Assembly (NCBI GenBank): GCA_964016885.1 | Contig: OZ024742.1 | Coordinates: 187,674,001-187,738,000 of the forward strand | Direction of reading: 5' to 3' | From: Eledone cirrhosa | Taxonomy: Eukaryota | DNA length: 64,000 bases | Shown: positions 54,377 through 64,000 of the stretch, one piece after another | Layout: the number at the start of each line of letters is the position of its first letter | How positions within the stretch are numbered: the stretch's first letter is position 1 | Program-made: the position numbers and the translations under genes | Notes under the pieces: model-generated | Database searches by the model: none | Told to the model about the DNA's origin: nothing | What the model saw: the letters and a program-made list of their open reading frames with translations, nothing else

Positions 54377-55724
54377 TGTGTGTGTGTCTGTATGTGTGTG
54401 TGTGTGTGTGTGTATGTCTATCATTTCATATACTTTTTCCAGTCATTGCACAGAGGCTATTCTGACACTTTGTCGTGAAGGCTTTAGCCTATCATATCAT
54501 ATCTAAGCCACTTTGATACTTTTAGTTGCGTCTAAACCAGAAGAATTCATCTGTAGAGATAGAAATTTCAGTAATTGTCACGTCTTTTCGTAGAGGAATT
54601 CTTTGTAACTGGATTGTTGCTAACACATCGATCAATTTTTATCTTTTCTTTCGACAGGCTTACATATTTTTATCACCGGATAAAATTCCAAAGAACAGCA
54701 AAGCCGAAAACATACTTTAAAAAATAGACAAAATAAAATGGATGGATATATTTTGAAATATCAAAAAATTATTTCCTATGGAATTTGTTTACAGAGTTAT
54801 AGCAGTTTAACATTTGAATAAAAAGTAAAATATTTCCAAACAATAGATGAATATATGCATGTGAGGACAGGTTATCCTAACAACGGAAAACATTTGTTAG
54901 CACGTCCGGTATATCAATAAACAAAATACCAATAATACCGTGAGTGTTAAAACTTCATGCAAGATGACATGAAAATACATTGTTAGAATGGTTATGCACT
55001 GGAGGTATTAAAAACGCCCCTTTTCCTTCCTTCCTTCCTGCTCAGCGTTCAGTTTGGCTATTATAGAATATTATAGTATATTTCTATTGGCAACATAGCA
55101 ATTTGTGATATGATGAGTCAGGAATTTACAAATAATTTAAAAAAGAAGCAGCACATATTTGGTGCAGTTTCTACCACTTCTCATCTCTATATCTGAATAC
55201 ATCAATTCCAAGTAAATTCCGCCATGGCCAATGTTTGCATATCTAATATTCCGACAGATTTTATTTTATATATCTTCTTTTATTTTCTTAGCTGTATCGT
55301 TCTCTCGCCCTCGCTATCTTTCTTACTCTCGCTCTAGATATATTTCTCGTCTCTTTCTCTCGCTCTCACCCTCGCATTCTCTCTTACCCCCACCCTCGCA
55401 TTCTCTCTTACCCCCCACTCTCGCATTCACTCTTACCCTCACATTCGCATTCGCTCTCACCCTCACTCTCGCATTCACTCTCACTCTCTCTCTCCACTTC
55501 GCTCTCTCTCGACCTCGCTTATGATCTCTCTCTCGCTTTCGCTATCAATTTCGCGCTCTCTCTCTCTCTCGTGTTCGCTCTCTCTCTCTTACTCTCTCGA
55601 TCACTATCACTTTTGCTCACTCTCTCTCTCACACTCTCTCTCTCACTCTCTCTCTCCATCTATATCTCTCTCGATCGCTATCGTTTTCGATCTGTCTCTC
55701 TCCCTCTCTATCTCTCCATCATTT

Positions 55725-55790
<66 letters not shown>

Positions 55791-56195
55791 ACCCTCTCTC
55801 CATCATGCTACGTGTCGCTCTCTCGTTTTCACACTATCTCCCCCTTCTCTCTTTCATTCCGCCTCCCTCTCTCCATATAGCTACTCCTTTTCTATTTGGG
55901 AAATGACCAAATTCATTGCCGATTGTTATATTTGTTAAAATCTCTTAATCCTAGAGACGGAAGTTATTGGACACATTTTTCTCAACTATTGTTTATTGTG
56001 ATCGAGTATAGTCTATATTGGCACATAGGATTACATTACCCATGTCCTTAGTTTATTATAATACTGGAGTTGATTTGAAGGAGCTTTGGAATTATGACAA
56101 GATCAACCAAGTCGAAGATACCTTTCTGGTATTGCTGAAGAGCAATGTGTTCCGTACAATTAAGCGTGTCTGTGTGTGTGTGTGTATATATATAT

Positions 56196-56390
56196 AATAT
56201 AAAAATGGCTTCTACAGGACTAGAACTGTTTCATTCGAAGGAAATCAACTGTGCTTTCCTGGTGATATCCTTCGAATGAAACATTTCTAGACCCGCAGAA
56301 GCCATTTCTATATTAAACATGATGTCTACACTCTATTAATCTATTGAGTACCTTACTTACTGAGGTTACCTCGGATTGAACTCGGGACTG
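56196..56390 (+). repeat. Fold-back copy of the 34870/35035 repeat family
   Basis: AAATGGCTTCTACAGGACTAGAACTGTTTCATTCGAAGGA ... TCCTTCGAATGAAACATTTCTAGACCCGCAGAAGCCATTT. Confidence 0.7.
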
Positions 56391-57075
56391 ACTCGTACAC
56401 ACATGTATATATATATATTTATATGTACATGTGTGTGTGTGTGACATTACGTATTAAACCAAAGCTAGTATGTAATACATAAATCGTCAATCTTCCCATT
56501 TACTCGATTAAATTAATCTGTAGCACATTTTAACTTATCTTAGAAATGATTATTACAATCTTCTATTTTGGCAATTGTTATCTTTTCTTGTGACGAGTGT
56601 TTAAGACTTATATCAGATTGGAAGGAAACTCTTCCAAAATTTTTATTGAGCGAATGGCAAAAGTTCAATACATTTTACACTTCCGTTCGCTCCGCCTCCC
56701 CCTCATCCTCCTCCTTTTTGCTTTTTTTCTTAATCTTCTTGCCCGTCTCCACTAGACCCCCCTCCCCCTCCTCCCATTTATTCTTAAGCGGGTCGTGGGG
56801 TCAGAGTCCTCAAAAGCTCCTTCCAGTGGGTCTTGTCTGAAGCAATGTTATCCAACGATCTTGCTAGGGGTCTAAACCCGGGTCTCCTATCGTTTGGTTT
56901 TGCCAGTAATATCTGTCTAGCAATTCTTTGCTGAGGCATTCAAATTAAAATCAAACTAACTAGTATCATAGTTTCAGTTGCCTTTCGCATATATCCTCCA
57001 CTGTTTACGACACAAGTACCATCACTTCCATCAAAATAATCATTATGAAATCATGCCTTCTACATATCACCAGCC

Positions 57076-57574
57076 TTAACCCTTTCAAGAATGCATTTCT
57101 AATGAAATACACTCTGTTTCAATTAATGAAGAATTTTGAGGGACTTATTAAAATTATTATTTCATTACAAAGATAGCAATTTAATGTAAGGTTCTTAAAT
57201 AAAATTATGTTGCAGGATTTTTTATTTAAATTTGAATCCTTGAAATGGATGCTTTTATTTCATAAAACCATTCGGTCTTGGCCAGGCTAGTAACTAAATG
57301 GTTAATATGGTGTTTGCAGCATAACCTTTTCATTATTAACACGTTCATGACTGTATTTCACATGAAATGCACTATATTTTAATTAATTAATGAAGAATTT
57401 CGAGGCATTCACAAAAATTATGAATTATTGCATTACAAAGATGGTAATTTAATGTAATGTTCTTATATAAAATTATGTTGGAAGATTTTAATTTAAATTT
57501 GAAACCTTTAAAATGTGTGATTTTGTTTTATAAAACCAGAGCCGGTTTGGCCAGGCTGGTAACTGAAGAGTTAA
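57076..57574. mobile_element. Two adjacent TTAA-flanked piggyBac-type MITE copies (57076-57305 and 57336-57574)
   Basis: TTAACCCTTTC...AAATGGTTAA and TTAACACGTTC...GAAGAGTTAA; interiors are homologous. Confidence 0.6.
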
Positions 57575-57875
57575 ACATGCATTAATCAAAACTCCGTCGA
57601 GGTAAGAATTAAATGATGTTTTATTTTATTTCAAGCACTTTTTTACTCTATCCAGGCGAATAATTATGTACTTATATTAATTGTTAGAAATATAAATTAT
57701 GATTAAATCTCTTCGACTGCTTTGCAGAAAGTTGCTACAAAATATGTTCAAATTAAAACTTGTGCAATTGTAATATATCAATCACATACTGCGTCAACTT
57801 TCTCTGTCCCCTCTCCCCATATCTCTCATTCTCTCACTCTCTCTCACTCTCTTTTACATATATGTGAATATAATT

Positions 57876-57945
<70 letters not shown>

Positions 57946-58039
57946 TATACAGGGAGCGTAACGAAGTTACTGTAGGTTCACCCAGCTGAGCACTCGATGT
58001 TTAGGTTCACGTCAGTGGCGAGACAGTGTAATATAATAA

Positions 58040-58228
58040 TAATTGTTTCTACTTTAGGCACAAGGCCAGCAATTATCCAGTGCATTACTGGTACTTTATT
58101 TTATCGACCCCGTGAGGATGAAAGGCAAAGTCAACCTCGGCGGGATTTGAACTCAGATCGTAAAGGGACGTAATTATGCTGGAAAGCATGGCGTCCGACC
58201 CTCTACCGATACTGCCAATCCACCGCCC
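58040..58228 (-). mobile_element. Full-length SINE family A
   Basis: Complete head to tail; partial TSD TGTAATATA. Confidence 0.9.
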
Positions 58229-58300
58229 TGTAATATAATAATAATACATGGTTTAACAGTTCGTCCTTGTATTTATTTCTGTTTACCTTTTACACACACA

Positions 58301-58332
<32 letters not shown>

Positions 58333-58333
58333 G

Positions 58334-58369
<36 letters not shown>

Positions 58370-58467
58370 GGGAATTGATTCATCTTCAGATATTATTGGC
58401 CTCTCTTTGTGGTTCCTCTATTCAATGATATTTAGAATCTTTGCACGCATACAAAGGACATATACCG

Positions 58468-58700
58468 GTTGACTTTGCCTTTCATCCTTACGGGGTCGAT
58501 AAAATAAAGTACCAGTAATGCACTGGGTAATTGCTGGCCTTGTCCCTAAAGTAGAAACAATTATTTGGAGTTCAAATCCCGCCGAAAGTAGCTTTGCCTT
58601 TCACCCTTACGGATGCACCACTAACGTACTGGGGTTGATTTTATCGACTTTCAGCCCCTCCCAAAATTGCTGGCCTTATGCCTAAATCAGAAACCAATAT
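58468..58700 (+). mobile_element. Two 5'-truncated SINE family A copies in tandem
   Basis: Core at 58468-58565 and again at 58567-58700. Confidence 0.8.
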
Positions 58701-59129
58701 TTGATCAAAGCCGTAATTAATCACCGGTATTCACAAAAATGGCAGGTTTCATGTCAGGTTCCCACTCTTATAACAATGCCGTAACAGCAGTCGAGTGCCC
58801 TTCCATCCGGGTGGAATTACTCTACACCTTGACATCAATGAGTAACATTTCTGAATTCCTGTGCACAAATGGTTTATCATAACTGTCTAACGAGCCTCAT
58901 CTACTCCGGATTTGAAATCAAGGTCACCCTTCTAGACAACTTGTCACCCAAGATTAATATGTTCTGTCTACCCTAGCAGCTGGTTTTAAGGCACCAGTAA
59001 CTCGCCATTTCCCCTCCTCCTTCTCTGTTCTAAATATTTCCTCCACCGGTTGTGCAGGAGTTGGGCTTTCAGTCATATATCCACCCTGGTAGTGAGAACA
59101 TTAGGATATATATATGTGCGTGTAGATGA

Positions 59130-59930
59130 GTGTGTAGTGGCCTAGTGGTAAAGGTGTTGGACTTATGATCATAAAGTCGTGGGTTCGATTCCTGGGTTGC
59201 GTGTTGTGTTCTTGAGCAAAGACTTCATTTCGCGTTGCTCCAGTATACTCAGCTGAAAATGAGTACCAGCAATAGCTGGGAGTTTAACCTTGCGATGGAC
59301 TGGCGTCCTGTCCAGGGGGGAGTCTTGTATTTTTACTCGCTTCACGCCATGAAACCGGGATAGGCACCGGCCAAATCTGCCAATCTGCCTTTTTGCTTTT
59401 TAGATGAGTGTGTATGCTAAAATCAACAAGGTATAAAACATAGTGGAGCGATCGAATATACTGAAGATATGAGTGTAACGCTTGATATGCGTATGTATAT
59501 ATATATCCAAAAGTGCTGACAGACATGTGTGTTTTTCCCCTTTTTTTCCTCATTTTTTCACGTTCATTCATTCCCCGTTCTCACTCTTTATCTTTATATT
59601 TTATCTTTTATGTCTAACTCTATTTGATGAATGATTAGTGTCCAAAATGTTTCCTGCTATTTCAAGATTTAATCTAATATGTTTCTTCAATGTACTGTGT
59701 TGTTTGCTTTGTTATTTCTGTTTACTTTTTACACACACATGTGCGTGTGTGTGTGTTCTTGAGCAAGACACTTCATTTCACGTTGCTCCGGTATACTCAG
59801 CAGAAAATGAGTACCAGTAATAGCTGGCGATGTAACCCTGCGATGGACTGGCGTCCCACCAGAGGGAGTCTTATGATATCAGTCGCTTCAAGGGCTAAGC
59901 ACCGGCCAAATGAGCCTCTAGCTTCAGACA
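59130..59930 (+). mobile_element. Two copies of tRNA-derived SINE family C (59130-59390 full, 59750-59930 partial)
   Basis: A box TGGCCTAGTGG, B box GGTTCGATTCC, and TAACC.TGCGATGGACTGGCGTCC..CCAG.GGGAG central domain in both copies. Confidence 0.75.
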
Positions 59931-61084
59931 GACTTTAGACTTTTATACACACCACACACACTCACATATATGTAGGTCTACACACATATTTGCCAATATA
60001 TCTATATATATTGTCATACATATTTACACTATATAACTTGTTAAGTAAGATATTGTTGACTGTCATAGTTGCGGGAGCAGAAACGTTCTAGTTCAATTGT
60101 TAGTTTTTGTGAACTGAATACAAAACGTGTTGTATGTATATATTTTACCTTTTCAATACAGGACTATAATCATGCTGGCATAATAGACATATTACCTAAT
60201 ATCTTATTCCAAAATAAAAGATGATTAAATGTATTTTTCCTTCGTAAAATAAGAAACGAGACTCTTTGTTAAACAATACACTGATACAAGACCAAATTTC
60301 ATCATTCACGGTGTGCATCCAATGAAAATATTTTCTTACCAGTTAAGTTTACATTGCAATCATCCATTATAAAGAATTAGATTAGTTTGGCAAATACACT
60401 GAACAAAGACAGTTAAAGAATATAAGAGCAGAATATAAACTAAAGAATTTAAAAGGAAAATTGCAAAGAAAGTTATCAAATTTTTCTTGGGCGACAGTTC
60501 AGCTTGCTTGAGTGATCAGAGAACTTAATAATTCACCCATCTCTTGGTGTATTAATGCCATCTCTTGTTGTGTAATTTAAGATACAGGCATTTTGGTGAG
60601 ATGTTTCAAAATAAAACGTTTCTTTCCTTGATGGTAATTGTAAGTCTAGTTGTTTAGTGATACAGTTGCAACGTAAGAAATATATTTCACTGCGACAGTA
60701 ATGAGAGTAAAATAGGGAAGATGGATACCGTTTGTTAGCCTGTGTGATGCAACGTATCTGTAATAGTCACGCCGCTTAATCTCCCTGAGTGTTACTTTAA
60801 GGATACTTTAAGCATGTCAATAGAAAATGTATGTCTGAATATATGTGTGTGTATACTCTAGACGTATCTGAGGAACTTGCATATCCACAGCCAGGTTCGA
60901 TCCACAAATAGATCTATCTCGAGCTGTTGTTCGCCGGAGAAACAATTGTAATACGTTAATAAATTGTTTCGATGCATCACTGATTCTTCGTTTTCCATAT
61001 TATTATACTCTGCTCTGAGGGGGCGTATAGTGCTCAACCGGCATACCGCCTATGGACGCATCCAAGCAATCTTACTACAAATAA

Positions 61085-61118
<34 letters not shown>

Positions 61119-61120
<2 letters not shown>

Positions 61121-61592
61121 TCTTCCGTATTCCCAATCTTTGCTCCCAAATACAGGAAGCCCTCAACCAATTCTAGCGGCTTCCCGCCTACATTAGTGAT
61201 CCACTCTGGCTTCTCAACATTCTCTACCAGATATTTTGTTTTAGTCTCATTCATTCTCAGCCACACACTCATCGACACAGTCTCAACCTCCCGCATCAAA
61301 TCCTCTGCCTCCTTCACTGTATTTGTCACCAAAAGTCAGCTCAAAAGTGACACAGAGGAGATTGAGGTTAGCTGGACATGCTCCCCGACATCCAGAGTTG
61401 ACATTGCACGCAGTGGTCCTTTGGGAGCCCCTACATGGACACACTAGAAGAGGAAGACCAAGGTTAACGTATGGTGATGCCCTAAGGACATACACTGGTC
61501 TGTTGGAGACGCAGGACATGGCAGCGATAATGAGGGACAGAGACCGCTGGAGAGAACTGGTCCATGGATCTCGGGAATTTTACCCGCCTTAG

Positions 61593-61607
<15 letters not shown>
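61119..61607 (+). mobile_element. RTE-type LINE with 5' inversion and poly(A) tail
   Basis: The + strand from 61323 gives RRLRLAGH..HPE..VLWEP.HG..RRGRP..M.DR..WR then A-tail; the - strand at 61119-61330 gives upstream RT sequence LRMNETKTKY..FLYLG; (TA)n on both sides. Confidence 0.9.
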
Positions 61608-61630
<23 letters not shown>

Positions 61631-61735
61631 GGGCAACCCAAAAATGTATACAAGCTTTGATTACTTGTACAGGTAATATTTATTAGAATGCTGTTGAAGT
61701 ATGTCTGCATGTATATATATATACATGCAGACATA

Positions 61736-62412
<677 letters not shown>

Positions 62413-62432
62413 TATATATATATATATATATA

Positions 62433-63134
62433 CCCCAGACAACCATTTGCCTCCATCATGGATCAACCAAGCGCTCTTGCCCTAATACATATTTTGATCT
62501 GCTTATCCTCAAGAACTATGCCTGTAAATAATATTATTCTTTTTTCCCATTACCTTATCAAGTTCCACATCACCCGCTTTTTTTTCTTTTTTATTCTTTT
62601 TACTTCAAAAACCTTGTTTGTAAATAATTGGTTCTACTTTAGGCACAAGGCCAGCAATTACCCAGTACATTACTGATACTTTATTTTATCGACACCCTAA
62701 GGATGAAAGGCAATGTTAACCTCGGCGTGATTTGAACTCAGAATGGCAAGGGCCATAAATCCATGCGTCAAAGCATGGCGTCCGACCCTCTCCCGATACT
62801 GACAATCCACCGCCTTTTTTGTAAATAATATTATTCTTTCTTTCCGATTTCTATAACATGTTCAACATCACATCATTTTCTCTCCAACATTTTACACCAA
62901 TTCAAATTCCCCCCTTTGATAATCCATAAGATGCTCAAACCGGTAATAGACAATCATTAAATATATAAATGAATAAACAATTAAATGCCATTGTTAATTA
63001 ATAAATAAATTAACTAATACCTTAACACTTCACACAAAATAAAATATTTTGTTTTAAACATTTTCTAACCCAGAAAAAAAAGATAAAAGGAAAAGAAAAT
63101 ATTTGTCTTCCTAATAATCGTTTTTTTCCCCTAT

Positions 63135-63140
<6 letters not shown>
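62433..63140 (+). mobile_element. Second copy of the 2500-3768 PLE 3' UTR, interrupted by a SINE (62629-62815, minus strand)
   Basis: Collinear with ~3285-3768; SINE flanked by TSD TTTGTAAATAAT. Confidence 0.85.
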
Positions 63141-63172
<32 letters not shown>

Positions 63173-63244
63173 TAATAATAAATTTCAAGACTAAAATCCA
63201 AAGAGGGCAGCGATTATTTGCTTAAACTTTAATCTGTTATTTTA

Positions 63245-63287
<43 letters not shown>

Positions 63288-63324
63288 AAAAATAAACCAA
63301 AGAAGCCTTCAATACATCAAAAGT

Positions 63325-63378
63325 CTTTATTAGCCAACAATGTTTCGTCCTATTAAGCACTCATCAGGGCAAGTAAAG
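63325..63378 (-). ncRNA. Type I minimal hammerhead ribozyme
   Basis: CTTTACTTGCC-CTGATGA-GTGCT(TAAT)AGGAC-GAAA-CATTG-TT-GGCTAATAAAG; full core, one G.G mismatch in stem II, GUU triplet, ~45 bp from (TA)n. Confidence 0.7.
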
Positions 63379-64000
63379 CTACAAGAAGCACTATCGGCCA
63401 ATACAAGCCAAAAACTCAGAAGAATATGGAGTATACATCTATTAAAGCTTAGGAAAGATATCAAGAAAAAGTTAGCTAAGATTAAGAGTGAGCAGTTACA
63501 AACATAGATATAGACCAAATAGCAAGGAAGTGATTAACATGTTGAACCCACATTGTAAATATATAATGCAAAAACTTGAAATACAAATGGTAATATAATG
63601 CGAGAATTAAAGTACGATATAGAATAGAATATAATATTATAGATGGTGATAATAAAATATATGTCTGTGTATCTCAACCACGTAAATATATGTATTAAGC
63701 ATTTCCTTAGACTCTGTTTGATATTAGATATTAACGTTGTTATATCATATCATTTTTATGTAATCGTATTATAGATTTTAATATATGTTATTTGTAGTAC
63801 TGTTCTGTTATATTTTGTAATATTTTGTGATATTTTGGTAATATTTATGCCAATGTAAAACGACTTGACCTCCGTGTATTTGTTGCAATGGTATAGATAT
63901 TTTTGTCAACACAATCTTTTCAACACAATTTAGTTCTATATGATTTTTTTCTTACCCTGTGTAAAACTTTATACTATTTGTTAACCTTGAATTATATATA

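Noticed and set aside
59130-59200. tRNA gene-like A and B boxes, also in SINE A heads
   Set aside because: They continue into SINE bodies and do not form a complete cloverleaf.

Overview
This is AT-rich eukaryotic (animal) intronic or intergenic DNA. The SINE families and very dense (TA)n/(CA)n/(CT)n microsatellites suggest a coleoid cephalopod such as Octopus (inference). No intact host protein-coding gene can be identified, and most ORF-track entries are microsatellite read-through. The window is dominated by decayed Penelope-like retroelements (PLEs; RT plus C-terminal GIY-YIG endonuclease) of at least five families. Nearly all abut (TA)n tracts, and most carry a type I minimal hammerhead ribozyme (HHR), intact or decayed, near the 3' end. 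The main structure is a ~7.4 kb head-to-head PLE palindrome (37.7-45.1 kb). It has an HHR at each outer end, a 346-bp perfectly identical tract near its centre, and a SINE in one arm only. Fold-back ends recur from 30 bp to 3.3 kb. Other content: about 20 tRNA-derived SINE copies, RTE and CR1 LINE fragments (one RTE with a 5' inversion), a deleted mariner, Tc1/mariner and piggyBac-type MITEs, a non-autonomous Helitron, and a few weak candidate host exons. All calls were made by eye and element boundaries are approximate.
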